Below are positions 26,401 through 40,800 of a stretch of DNA of 64,000 nucleotides, in pieces. Under the pieces are notes generated by a model. It worked only from the letters and a program-made list of their open reading frames with translations, searched no databases and had not been told where the DNA came from. The position numbers and the translations under genes are program-made. Source of the stretch: the human T2T-CHM13v2.0 reference genome, Homo sapiens; assembly GCF_009914755.1 (NCBI RefSeq), contig NC_060935.1. One strand, 5' to 3'. The number at the start of each line of letters is the position of its first letter. Position 1 is the first letter of the stretch.

Positions 26401-29400
26401 GAACTACACGAAAGTATTCTGAGAAACTTCTTTGTGATGTTTGCATTCAACTCACAGAGTTGAACCTTGCTTTCATAGTTCAGCTTTCAAACACACTTTT
26501 TGGAGAATCTGCAAGTGGATATTTGGACCACTTTGTGGCCTTCCTTCGAAACGGGTATATCTTCACATCAAACCTAGACAGAAGCATTCTCAGAATGTTT
26601 CCTGTGATGACTGCATTCAACTCACAGAGGTGAACAATCCTGCTGATGGAGCAGTTTTTAAACTCTCTTTCTTTGGATTCTGCAAGTGGATATGTGGACC
26701 TCTGTGAAGATTTCATTGGAAACGGTTTATCTTCACAGAAAAACTAAACAGAAGCATTCTCAGAAACTGCTTTGTGATGTTTGTGTTCCACTTCAAGAAT
26801 TGAACTTTCCTCTTGACAGAGCAGCTCTGAAACCCTCTTTTTCTAGAATCTGCAAGTGGACATTTGGAGGGCTTTGAGGCCTGTGGTGGAAAAGGAAAAT
26901 CTTCACATAAAAACTAGATGGAAGCATTCTCAGAAACTACTTTGCGATGATTGCATTCGACTCACAGAGTTGAACATTCCTATAGATAGAGCAGGTTGTA
27001 AACAATCTTTTTGTAGAATCTGCGATTGGAGATTTTACTGCTTTGAGGCCTACTGTAGTAAAGGAAATAACTTCATCTAAAAACCAAAAGGAAGCATTCA
27101 CAGACAATTCTTAGTGATCATTGGATTGAACTAACAGAGCTGAACATTCCTTTAGATGGAGCAGTTTCCAAACACACTTTCTGTAGAATCTGCAAGTGGA
27201 TATTTGGACCTCTCTGAGGATTTCATTGGAAACGGGATAAACTTCCCAGAACTACACGGAAGCATTCTGAGAAACTTCTTTGTGATGTTTGCATTCAACT
27301 CACAGAGTTGAACCTTGCTTTCATAGTTCAGCTTTCAAACACTCTTTTTGTAGAATCTGCAAGTGGATATTTGGACCACTTTGTGGCCTTCCTTCGAAAC
27401 GGGTATATCTTCACATCAAACCTAGACAGAAGCATTCTCAGAATGTTTCCTGTGATGACTGCATTCAACTCACAGAGGTGAACAGTCCTGCTGATGGAGC
27501 AGTTTTGAACTCTCTTTCTTTGGATTCTGCAAGTGGATATGTGGACCTCTGTGAAGATTTCATTGGAAACGGGTTTATCTTCACAGAAAACCTAAACAGA
27601 AGCATTCTCAGAAACTGCTTTGTGATGTTTGTGTTCCACTTCAAGAATTGAACTTTCCTCTTGACAGAGCAGCTCTGAAACCCTGTTTTTCTAGAATCTG
27701 CAAGTGGACATTTGGAGGGCTTTGAGGCCTGTGTGGAAAAGGAAAATCTTCACATAAAAACTAGATGGAAGCATTCTCAGAAACTACTTTGCGATGATTG
27801 CATTCGACTCACAGAGTTGAACATTCCTATAGATAGAGCAGGTTGTAAACAATCTTTTTGTAGAATCTGCGATTGGAGATTTGGACTGCTTTGAGGCCTA
27901 CTGTAGTAAAGGAAATAACTTCATCTAAAAACCAAACGGAAGCATTCACAGACAATTCTTAGTGATCATTGGATTGAAGTAACAGAGCTGAACATTCCTT
28001 TAGATGGAGCAGTTTCCAAACACACTTTCTGTAGAATCTGCAAGTGGATATTTGGACCTCTCTGAGGATTTCGTTGGAAAAGGGATAAACTTCCCAGAAC
28101 TGCACGGAAGCATTCTGAGGAACTTCTTTGTGATGTTTGCATTCAACTCACAGAGTTGAACCTTGCTTTCATAGTTCAGCTTTCAAACACTCTTTTTGTA
28201 GGATCTGCAAGTGGATATTTGACCACTTTGTGGCCTTCCTTCGAAACGGGTATATCTTCACATCAAACCTAGACAGAAGCATTCTCAGAATGTTTCCTGT
28301 GATGACTGCATTCAACTCACAGAGGTGAACAATCCTGCTGATGGAGCAGTTTTGAAACTCTCTTTCTTTGGATTCTGCAAGTGGATATGTGGACCTCTGT
28401 GAAGATTTCGTTGGAAACGGGTTCATCTTCACAGAAAAACTAAACAGGAGCATTCTCAGAAACTGCTTTGTGATGTTTGTGTTCCACTTCAGGAATTGAA
28501 CTTTCCTCTTGACAGAGCAGCTCTGAAACCCTCTTTTTCTAGAATCTGCAAGTGGACATTTGGAGGGCTTTTAGGCCTGTGGTGGAAAAGGAAACTCTTC
28601 ACATAAAAACTAGATGGAAGCATTCTCAGAAACTACTTTGTGATGATTGCATTCGACTCACAGAGTTGAACATTCCTATAGATAGAGCAGGTTGTAAACA
28701 ATCTTTTTGTAGAATCTGCGATTGGAGATTTGGACTGCTTTGAGGCCTACTGTAGTAAAGGAAATAACTTCATCTAAAAACCAAACGGAAGCATTCACAG
28801 ACAATTCTTAGTGATCATTGGATTGAACTAACAGAGCTGAACATTCCTTTAGATGGCGCAGTTTCCAAACACACTTTCTGTAGAATCTGCAAGTGGATAT
28901 TTGGACCTCTCTGAGGATTTCGTTGGAAACGGGATAAACTTCCCAGAACTACACGGAAGCATTCTGAGAAACTTCTTTGTGATATTTGCATTCAACTCAC
29001 AGAGTTAAACCTTGCTTTCATAGTTCAGCTTTCAAACACTCTTTTTCTAGAATCTGCAAGTGGATATTGGGACCACTTTGTGGCCTTCCTTCAAAACGGG
29101 TATATCTTCACATCAAACCTAGACAGAAGCATTCTCAGAATGTTTCCTGTGATGACTGCATTCAACTCACAGAGGTGAACAATCCTGCTGATGGAGCAGT
29201 TTTGAAACTCTCTTTCTTTGGATTCTGCAAGTGGATATGTGGACCTCTGTGAAGATTTCGTTGGAAACGGGTTCATCTTCACAGAAAAACTAAACAGGAG
29301 CATTCTCAGAAACTGCTTTGTGATGTTTGTGTTCCACTTCAGGAATTGAACTTTCCTCTTGACAGAGCAGCTCTGAAACCCTCTTTTTCTAGAATCTGCA

Positions 29401-32400
29401 AGTGGACATTTGGAGGGCTTTGAGGCCTGTGGTGGAAAAGGAAACTCTTCACATAAAAACTAGATGGAAGCATTCTCAGAAACTACTTTGCGAAGATTGC
29501 ATTCGACTCACAGAGTTGAACATTCCTATAGATAGAGCAGGTAGTAAACAATCTTTTTGTAGAATCTGCGATTGGAGATTTGGACTGCTTTGAGGCCTAC
29601 TGTAGCAAAGGAAATATCTTCATCTAAAAACCAAACGGAAGCATTCACAGACAGTTCTTAGTGATCATTGGATAGAACTAACTGAGCTGAACATTCCTTT
29701 AGATGGAGCAGTTTCCAAACACACTTTCTGTAGAATCTGCAAGTGGATATTTGGACCTCTCTGAGGATTTCGTTGGAAACGGGATAAACTTCCCAGAACT
29801 ACACGAAAGTATTCTGAGAAACTTCTTTGTGATGTTTGCATTCAACTCACAGAGTTGAACCTTGCTTTCATAGTTCAGCTTTCAAACACTCTTTTTGTAG
29901 AATCTGCAAGTGGATATTTGGACCACTTTGTGGCCTTCCTTCGAAACGGGTATATCTTCACATCAAACCTAGACAGAAGCATTCTCAGAATGTTTCCTGT
30001 GATGACTGCATTCAACTCACAGAGGTGAACAATCCTGCTGATGGAGCAGTTTTGAAACTCTCTTTCTTTGGATTCTGCAAGTGGATATGTGGACCTCTGT
30101 GAAGATTTCATTGGAAACGGGTTTATCTTCACAGAAAACCTAAACAGAAGCATTCTCAGAAACTGCTTTGTGATGTTTGTGTTCCACTTCAAGAATTGAA
30201 CTTTCCTCTTGACAGAGCAGCTCTGAAACCCTCTTTTTCTAGAATCTGCAAGTGGACATTTGGAGGGCTTTGAGGCCTGTGTGGAAAAGGAAAATCTTCA
30301 CATAAAAACTAGATGGAAGCATTCTCAGAAACTACTTTGCGATGATTGCATTCGACTCACAGAGTTGAACATTCCTATAGATAGAGCAGGTTGTAAACAA
30401 TCTTTTTGTAGAATCTGCGATTGGAGATTTGGACTGCTTTGAGGCCTACTGTAGTAAAGGAAATAACTTCATCTAAAAACCAAACGGAAGCATTCACAGA
30501 CAATTCTTAGTGATCATTGGATTGAAGTAACAGAGCTGAACATTCCTTTAGATGGAGCAGTTTCCAAACACACTTTCTGTAGAATCTGCAAGTGGATATT
30601 TGGACCTCTCTGAGGATTTCGTTGGAAAAGGGATAAACTTCCCAGAACTACACGGAAGCATTCTGAGAAACTTCTTTGTGATGTTTGCATTCAACTCACA
30701 GAGTTGAACCTTGCTTTCATAGTTCAGCTTTCAAACACTCTTTTTGTAGGATCTGCAAGTGGATATTTGACCACTTTGTGGCCTTCCTTCGAAACGGGTA
30801 TATCTTCACATCAAACCTAGACAGAAGCATTCTCAGAATGTTTCCTGTGATGACTGCATTCAACTCACAGAGGTGAACAATCCTGCTGATGGAGCAGTTT
30901 TGAAACTCTCTTTCTTTGGATTCTGCAAGTGGATATGTGGACCTCTGTGAAGATTTCGTTGGAAACGGGTTCATCTTCACAGAAAAACTAAATAGGAGCA
31001 TTCTCAGAAACTGCTTTGTGATGTTTGTGTTCCACTTCAGGAATTGAACTTTCCTCTTGACAGAGCAGCTCTGAAACCCTCTTTTTCTAGAATCTGCAAG
31101 TGGACATTTGGAGGGCTTTGAGGCCTGTGGTGGAAAAGGAAACTCTTCACATAAAAACTAGATGGAAGCATTCTCAGAAACTACTTTGTGATGATTGCAT
31201 TCGACTCACAGAGTTGAACATTCCTATAGATAGAGCAGGTTGTAAACAATCTTTTTGTAGAATCTGCGATTGGAGATTTGGACTGCTTTGAGGCCTACTG
31301 TAGTAAAGGAAATAACTTCATCTAAAAACCAAACGGAGGCATTCAGAGACAATACTTAGTGATCATTGGATTGAACTAACAGAGCTGAACATTCCTTTAG
31401 ATGGCGCAGTTTCCAAACACACTTTCTGTAGAATCTGCAACTGGATATTTGGACCTCTCTGAGGATTTCGTTGGAAACGGGATAAACTTCCCAGGACTAC
31501 ACGGAAGTATTCTGAGAAACTTCTTTGTGATGTTTGCATTCAACTCACAGAGTTGAACCTTGCTTTCATAGTTCAGCTTTCAAACATTCTTTTTGTAGAA
31601 TCTGCAAGTGGATATTTGGACCACTTTGTGGCCTTCCTTCGAAACGGGTATATCTTCACATCAAACCTAGACAGAAGCATTCTCAGAATGTTTCCTGTGA
31701 TGACTGCATTCAACTCACAGAGGTGAACAACCCTGCTGATGGAGCAGTTTTGAAACTCTCCTTCTTTGGATTCTGCAAGTGGATATGTGGACCTCTGTGA
31801 AGATTTCGTTGGAAACGGGTTCATCTTCACAGAAAAACTAAACAGGAGCATTCTCAGAAACTGCTTTGTGATGTTTGTGTTCCACTTCAGGAATTGAACT
31901 TTCCTCTTGACAGAGCAGCTCTGAAACCCTCTTTTTCTAGAATCTGCAAGTGGACATTTGGAGGGCTTTGAGGCCTGTGGTGGAAAAGGAAACTCTTCAC
32001 ATAAAAACTAGATGGAAGCATTCTCAGAAACTACTTTGTGATGATTGCATTCGACTCACAGAGTTGAACATTCCTATAGATAGAGCAGGTTGTAAACAAT
32101 CTTTTTGTAGAATCTGCGATTGGAGATTTGGACTGCTTTGAGGCCTACTGTAGTAAAGGAAATAACTTCATCTAAAAACCAAACGGAAGCATTCACAGAC
32201 AATTCTTAGTGATCATTGGATTGAACTAACAGAGCTGAACATTCCTTTAGATGGCGCAGTTTCCAAACACACTTGCTGTAGAATCTGCAAGTGGATATTT
32301 GGGCCGCTCTGAGGATTTCGTTGGAAACGGGATAAACTTCCCAGAACTACACGGAAGCATTCTGAGAAACTTCTTTGTGATGTTTGCATTCAACTCACAG

Positions 32401-35400
32401 AGTTGAACCTTGCTTTCATAGTTCAGCTTTCAAACACTCTTTTTGTAGAATCTGCAAGTGGATATTTGGACCTTTGTGGCCTTCCTTCGAAACGGGTATA
32501 TCTTCACATCAAACCTAGACAGAAGCATTGTCAGAATGTTTCCTGTGATGACTGCATTCAACTCACAGAGGTGAACAATCCTGCTGATGGAGCAGTTTTG
32601 AAACTCTCTTTCTTTGGATTCTGCAAGAGGATATGTGGACCTCTGTGAAGATTTCGTTGGAAACGGGTTCATCTTCACAGAAAAACTAAACAGGAGCATT
32701 CTCAGAAACTGCTTTGTGATGTTTGTGTTCCACTTCAGGAATTGAACTTTCCTCTTGAGAGAGCAGCTCTGAAACCCTCTTTTTCTAGAATCTGCATGTG
32801 GACATTTTGAGGGCTTTGAGGCCTGTGGTGGAAAAGGATACTCTTCACATAAAAACTAGATGGAAGCATTCTCAGAAACTACTTTGTGATGATTGCATTC
32901 GACTCACAGAGTTGAACATTCCTATAGATAGAGCAGGTTGTAAACAATCTTTTTGTAGAATCTGCGATTGGAGATTTGGACTGCTTTGAGGCCTACTGTA
33001 GTAAAGGAAATAACTTCATCTAAAAACCAAACGGAAGCATTCACAGACAATTCTTAGTGATCCTTGGATAGAACTAACAGAGCTGAACATTCCTTTAGAT
33101 GGAGCAGTTTCCAAACACACTTTCTGTAGAATCTGCAAGTGGATATTTGGACCTCTCTGAGGATTTCGTTGGAAACGGGATAAACTTCCCAGAACTACAC
33201 GAAAGTATTCTGAGAAACTTCTTTGTGATGTTTGCATTCAACTCACAGAGTTGAACCTTGCTTTCATAGTTCAGCTTTCAAACACTCTTTTTGTAGGATC
33301 TGCAAGTGGATATTTGGACCACTTTGTGGCCTTCCTTCGAAACGGGTATATCTTCACATCGAACCTAGACAGAAGCATTCTCAGAATGTTTCCTGTGATG
33401 ACTGCATTCAACTCACGGAGGTGAACAATCCTGCTGATGGAGCAGTTTTGAAAATCTCTTTCTTTGGATTCTGCAAGTGGATATGTGGACCTCTGTGAAG
33501 ATTTCGTTGGAAACGGGTTCATCTTCACAGAAAAACTAAACAGGAGCATTCTCAGAAACTGCTTTGTGATGTTTGTGTTCCACTTCAGGAATTGAACTTT
33601 CCTCTTGACAGAGCAGCTCTGAAACCCTCTTTTTCTAAAATCTGCAAGTGGACATTTGGAGGGCTTTGAGGCCTGTGGTGGAAAAGGAAAATCTTCACAT
33701 AAAAACTAGATGGAAGCATTCTCAGAAACTACTTTGTGATGGTTGCATTCGACTCACAGAGTTGAACATTCCTACAGATAGAGCAGGTTGTAAACAATCT
33801 TTTTGTAGAATCTGCGATTGGAGATTTGGACTGCTTTGAGGCCTACTGTAGTAAAGGAAATAACTTCATCTAAAAACCAAACGGAAGCATTCACAGACAA
33901 TTCTTAGTGATCATTGGATTGAACTAACAGAGCTGAACATTCCTTTAGATGGAGCAGTTTCCAAACACACTTTCTGTAGAATCTGCAAGTGGATATTTGG
34001 ACCTCTCTGAGGATTTCGTTGGAAACGGGATAAACTTCCCAGAACTACATGGAAGTATTCTGAGAAACTTCTTTGTGATGTTTGCATTCAACTCACAGAG
34101 TTGAACCTTGCTTTCATGGTTCAGCTTTCAAACACTCTTTTTGTAGAATCTGCAAGTGGATATTTGGACCACTTTGTGGCCTTCCTTCAAAACGGGTATA
34201 TCTTCACATCAAACCTAGACAGAAGCATTCTCAGAATGTTTCCTGTGATGACTGCATTCAACTCACAGAGGTGAACAATCCTGCTGATGGAGCAGTTTTG
34301 AAACTCTCTTTCTTTGGATTCTGCAAGTGGATATGTGGACCTCTGTGAAGATTTCGTTGGAAACGGGTTCATCTTCACAGAAAAACTAAACAGGAGCATT
34401 CTCAGAAACTGCTTTGTGATGTTTGTGTTCCACTTCAGGAATTGAACTTTCCTCTTGACAGAGCAGCTCTGAAACCCTCTTTTTCTAGAATCTGCAAGTG
34501 GACATTTGGAGGGCTTTGAGGCCTGTGGTGGAAAAGGAAAATCTTCACATAAAAACTAGATGGAAGCATTCTCAGAAACTACTTTGTGATGATTGCATTC
34601 GACTCACAGAGTTGAACATTCCTATAGATAGAGCAGGTTGTAAACAATCTTTTTGTAGAATCTGCGATTGGAGATTTGGACTGCTTTGAGGCCTACTGTA
34701 GTAAAGGAAATAACTTCATCTAAAAACCAAACGGAAGCATTCACAGACAATTCTTAGTGATCATTGGATTGAACTAACAGAGCTGAACATTCCTTTAGAT
34801 GGCGCAGTTTCCAAACACACTTTCTGTAGAATCTGCCACTGGATATTTGGACCTCTCTGAGGATTTCGTTGGAAACGGGCTAAACTTCCCAGAACTACAC
34901 GGAAGCATTCTGAGAAACTTCTTTGTGATGTTTGCATTCAACTCACAGAGTTGAACCTTGCTTTCATAGTTCAGCTTTCAAACACTCTTTTTGTAGAATC
35001 TGCAAGTGGATATTTGGACCACTTTGTGGCCTTCCTTCGAAACGGGTATATCTTCACATCAAACCTAGACAGAAGCATTCTCAGAATGTTTCCTGTGATG
35101 ACTGCATTCAACTCACAGAGGTGAACAATCCTGCTGATGGAGCAGTTTTGAAACTCTCTTTCTTTGGATTCTGCAAGTGGATATGTGGACCTCTGTGAAG
35201 ATTTCGTTGGAAACGGGTTCATCTTCACAGAAAAACTAAACAGGAGCATTCTCAGAAACTGCTTTGTGATGTTTGTGTTCCACTTCAGGAATTGAACTTT
35301 CCTCTTGAGAGAGCAGCTCTGAAACCCTCTTTTTCTAGAATCTGCAAGTGGACATTTGGAGGGCTTTGAGGCCTGTGGTGGAAAAGGATACTCTTCACAT

Positions 35401-37899
35401 AAAAACTAGATGGAAGCATTCTCAGAAACTACTTTGTGATGATTGCATTCGACTCACAGAGTTGAACATTCCTATAGATAGAGCAGGTTGTAAACAATCT
35501 TTTTGTAGAATCTGCGATTGGAGATTTGGACTGCTTTGAGGCCTACTGTAGTAAAGGAAATAACTTCATCTAAAAACCAAACGGAAGCATTCACAGACAA
35601 TTCTTAGTGATCCTTGGATAGAACTAACAGAGCTGAACATTCCTTTAGATGGAGCAGTTTCCAAACACACTTTCTGTAGAATCTGCAAGTGGATATTTGG
35701 ACCTCTCTGAGGATTTCGTTGGAAACGGGATAAACTTCCCAGAACTACACGAAAGTATTCTGAGAAACTTCTTTGTGATGTTTGCATTCAACTCACAGAG
35801 TTGAACCTTGCTTTCATAGTTCAGCTTTCAAACACTCTTTTTGTAGAATCTGCAAGTGGATATTTGACCACTTTGTGGCCTTCCTTCGAAACGGGTATAT
35901 CTTCACATCAAACCTAGACAGAAGCATTCTCAGAATGTTTCCTGTGATGACTGCATTCAACTCACAGAGGTGAACAACCCTGCTGATGGAGCAGTTTTGA
36001 AACTCTCCTTCTTTGGATTCTGCAAGTGGATATGTGGACCTCTGTGAAGATTTCGTTGGAAACGGGTTCATCTTCACAGAAAAACTAAACAGGAGCATTC
36101 TCAGAAACTGCTTTGTGATGTTTGTGTTCCACTTCAGGAATTGAACTTTCCTCTTGACAGAGCAGCTCTGAAACCCTCTTTTTCTAGAATCTGCAAGTGG
36201 ACATTTGGAGGGCTTTGAGGCCTGTGGTGGAAAAGGAAACTCTTCACATAAAAACTAGATGGAAGCATTCTCAGAAACTACTTTGTGATGATTGCATTCG
36301 ACTCACAGAGTTGAACATTCCTATAGATAGAGCAGGTTGTAAACAATCTTTTTGTAGAATCTGCGATTGGAGATTTGGACTGCTTTGAGGCCTACTGTAG
36401 TAAAGGAAATAACTTCATCTAAAAACCAAACGGAAGCATTCACAGACAATTCTTAGTGATCATTGGATTGAACTAACAGAGCTGAACATTCCTTTAGATG
36501 GCGCAGTTTCCAAACACACTTTCTGTAGAATCTGCAAGTGGATATTTGGGCCGCTCTGAGTATTTCGTTGGAAACGGGATAAACTTCCCAGAACTACACG
36601 GAAGCATTCTGAGAAACTTCTTTGTGATGTTTGCATTCAACTCACAGAGTTGAACCTTGCTTTCATAGTTCAGCTTTCAAACACTCTTTTTGTAGAATCT
36701 GCAAGTGGATATTTGGACCTTTGTGGCCTTCCTTCGAAACGGGTATATCTTCACATCAAACCTAGACAGAAGCATTCTCAGAATGTTTCCTGTGATGACT
36801 GCATTCCACTCACAGAGGTGAACAATCCTGCTGATGGAGCAGTTTTGAAACTCTCTTTCTTTGGATTCTGCAAGAGGATATGTGGACCTCTGTGAAGATT
36901 TCGTTGGAAACGGGTTCATCTTCACAGAAAAACTAAACAGGAGCATTCTCAGAAACTGCTTTGTGATGTTTGTGTTCCACTTCAGGAATTGAACTTTCCT
37001 CTTGACAGAGCAGCTCTGAAACCCTCTTTTTCTAAAATCTGCAAGTGGACATTTGGAGGGCTTTGAGGCCTGTGGTGGAAAAGGAAAATCTTCACATAAA
37101 AACTAGATGGAAGCATTCTCAGAAACTACTTTGTGATGGTTGCATTCGACTCACAGAGTTGAACATTCCTACAGATAGAGCAGGTTGTAAACAATCTTTT
37201 TGTAGAATCTGCGATTGGAGATTTGGACTGCTTTGAGGCCTACTGTAGTAAAGGAAATAACTTCATCTAAAAACCAAACGGAAGCATTCACAGACAATTC
37301 TTAGTGATCATTGGATTGAACTAACAGAGCTGAACATTCCTTTAGATGGAGCAGTTTCCAAACACACTTTCTGTAGAATCTGCAAGTGGATATTTGGACC
37401 TCTCTGAGGATTTCGTTGGAAACGGGATAAACTTCCCAGAACTACATGGAAGTATTCTGAGAAACTTCTTTGTGATGTTTGCATTCAACTCACAGAGTTG
37501 AACCTTGCTTTCATGGTTCAGCTTTCAAACACTCTTTTTGTAGAATCTGCAAGTGGATATTTGGACCACTTTGTGGCCTTCCTTCAAAACGGGTATATCT
37601 TCACATCAAACCTAGACAGAAGCATTCTCAGAATGTTTCCTGTGATGACTGCATTCAACTCACAGAGGTGAACAATCCTGCTGATGGAGCAGTTTTGAAA
37701 CTCTCTTTCTTTGGATTCTGCAAGTGGATATGTGGACCTCTGTGAAGATTTCGTTGGAAACGGGTTCATCTTCACAGAAAAACTAAACAGGAGCATTCTC
37801 AGAAACTGCTTTGTGATGTTTGTGTTCCACTTCAGGAATTGAACTTTCCTCTTGACAGAGCAGCTCTGAAACCCTCTTTTTCTAGAATCTGCAAGTGGA

Positions 37900-40800
37900 C
37901 ATTTGGAGGGCTTTGAGGCCTGTGGTGGAAAAGGATACTCTTCACATAAAAACTAGATGGAAGCATTCTCAGAAACTACTTTGTGATGATTGCATTCGAC
38001 TCACAGAGTTGAACATTCCTATAGATAGAGCAGGTTGTAAACAATCTTTTTGTAGAATCTGCGATTGGAGATTTGGACTGCTTTGAGGCCTACTGTAGTA
38101 AAGGAAATAACTTCATCTAAAAACCAAACGGAAGCATTCACAGACAATTCTTAGTGATCCTTGGATAGAACTAACAGAGCTGAACATTCCTTTAGATGGA
38201 GCAGTTTCCAAACACACTTTCTGTAGAATCTGCAAGTGGATATTTGGACCTCTCTGAGGATTTCGTTGGAAACGGGATAAACTTCCCAGAACTACACGAA
38301 AGTATTCTGAGAAACTTCTTTGTGATGTTTGCATTCAACTCACAGAGTTGAACCTTGCTTTCATAGTTCAGCTTTCAAACACTCTTTTTGTAGAATCTGC
38401 AAGTGGATATTTGGACCACTTTGTGGCCTTCCTTCGAAACGGGTATATCTTCACATCAAACCTAGACAGAAGCATTCTCAGAATGTTTCCTGTGATGACT
38501 GCATTCAACTCACAGAGGTGAACAATCCTGCTGATGGAGCAGTTTTGAAACTCTCTTTCTTTGGATTCTGCAAGTGGATATGTGGACCTCTGTGAAGATT
38601 TCATTGGAAACGGGTTTATCTTCACAGAAAAACTAAACAGAAGCATTCTCAGAAACTGCTTTGTGATGTTTGTGTTCCACTTCAAGAATTGAACTTTCCT
38701 CTTGACAGAGCAGCTCTGAAACCCTCTTTTTCTAGAATCTGCAAGTTGACATTTGGAGGGCTTTGAGGCCTGTGTGGAAAAGGAAAATCTTCACATAAAA
38801 ACTAGATGGAAGCATTCTCAGAAACTACTTTGCGATGATTGCATTCGACTCACAGAGTTGAACATTCCTATAGATAGAGCAGGTTGTAAACAATCTTTTT
38901 GTAGAATCTGCGATTGGAGAATTGGACTGCTTTGAGGCCTACTGTAGTAAAGGAAATAACTTCATCTAAAAACCAAACGGAAGCATTCACAGAAAATTCT
39001 TAGTGATCATTGGATTGAACTAACAGAGCTGAACATTCCTTTAGATGGAGCAGTTTCCAAACACACTTTCTGTAGAATCTGCAAGTGGATATTTGGACCT
39101 CTCTGAGGATTTCGTTGGAAACGGGATAAACTTCCCAGAACTACACGGAAGCATTCTGAGAAACTTCTTTGTGATGTTTGCATTCAACTCACAGAGTTGA
39201 ACCTTGCTTTCATAGTTCAGCTTTCAAACACTCTTTTTGTAGGATCTGCAAGTGGATATTTGACCACTTTGTGGCCTTCCTTCGAAACGGGTATATCTTC
39301 ACATCAAACCTAGACAGAAGCATTCTCAGAATGTTTTCTGTGATGACTGCATTCAACTCACAGAGGTGAACAATCCTGCTGATGGAGCAGTTTTGAAACT
39401 CTCTTTCTTTGGATTCTGCAAGTGGATATGTGGACCTCTGTGAAGATTTCGTTGGAAACGGGTTCATCTTCACAGAAAAACTAAACAGGAGCATTCTCAG
39501 AAACTGCTTTGTGATGTTTGTGTTCCACTTCAGGAATTGAACTTTCCTCTTGACAGAGCAGCTCTGAAACCCTCTTTTTCTAGAATCTGCAAGTGGACAT
39601 TTGGAGGGCTTTGAGGCCTGTGGTGGAAAAGGAAACTCTTCACATAAAAACTAGATGGAAGCATTCTCAGAAACTACTTTGTGATGATTGCATTCGACTC
39701 ACAGAGTTGAACATTCCTATAGATAGAGCAGGTTGTAAACAATCTTTTTGTAGAATCTGCGATTGGAGATTTGGACTGCTTTGAGGCCTACTGTAGTAAA
39801 GGAAATAACTTCATCTAAAAACCAAACGGAAGCATTCACAGACAATTCTTAGTGATCATTGGATTGAACTAACAGAGCTGAACATTCCTTTAGATGGCGC
39901 AGTTTCCAAACACACTTTCTGTAGAATCTGCAAGTGGATATTTGGACCTCTCTGAGGATTTCGTTGGAAACGGGATAAACTTCCCAGAACTACACGGAAG
40001 CATTCTGAGAAACTTCTTTGTGATGTTTGCATTCAACTCACAGAGTTGAACCTTGCTTTCATAGTTCAGCTTTCAAACACTCTTTTTGTAGAATCTGCAA
40101 GTGGATATTTGGACCACTTTGTGGCCTTCCTTCGAAACGGGTATATCTTCACATCAAACCTAGACAGAAGCATTCTCAGAATGTTTCCTGTGATGACTGC
40201 ATTCCACTCACAGAGGTGAACAATCCTGCTGATGGACCAGTTTTGAAACTCTCTTTCTTTGGATTCTGCAAGTGGATATGTGGACCTCTGTGAAGATTTC
40301 GTTGGAAACGGGTTCATCTTCACAGAAAAACTAAGCAGGAGCATTCTCAGAAACTGCTTTGTGATGTTTGTGTTCCACTTCAGGAATTGAACTTTCCTCT
40401 TGACAGAGCAGCTCTGAAACCCTCTTTTTCTAGAATCTGCAAGTGGACATTTGGAGGGCTTTGAGGCCTGTGGTGGAAAAGGAAAATCTTCACATAAAAA
40501 CTAGATGGAAGCATTCTCAGAAACTACTTTGTGATGATTGCATTCGACTCACAGAGTTGAACATTCCTATAGATAGAGCAGGTTGTAAACAATCTTTTTG
40601 TAGAATCTGCGATTGGAGATTTGGACTGCTTTGAGGCCTACTGTAGTAAAGGAAATAACTTCATCTAAAAACCAAACGGAAGCATTCACAGACAATTCTT
40701 AGTGATCATTGGATTGAACTAACAGAGCTGAACATTCCTTTAGATGGAGCGGTTTCCAAACTCACTTTCTGTAGAATCTGCAAGTGGATATTTGGACCTC

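Noticed and set aside
27289-27651. Longest ORF (120 aa)
   Set aside because: It results from a single 1-bp deletion (~27509) joining two satellite reading frames.
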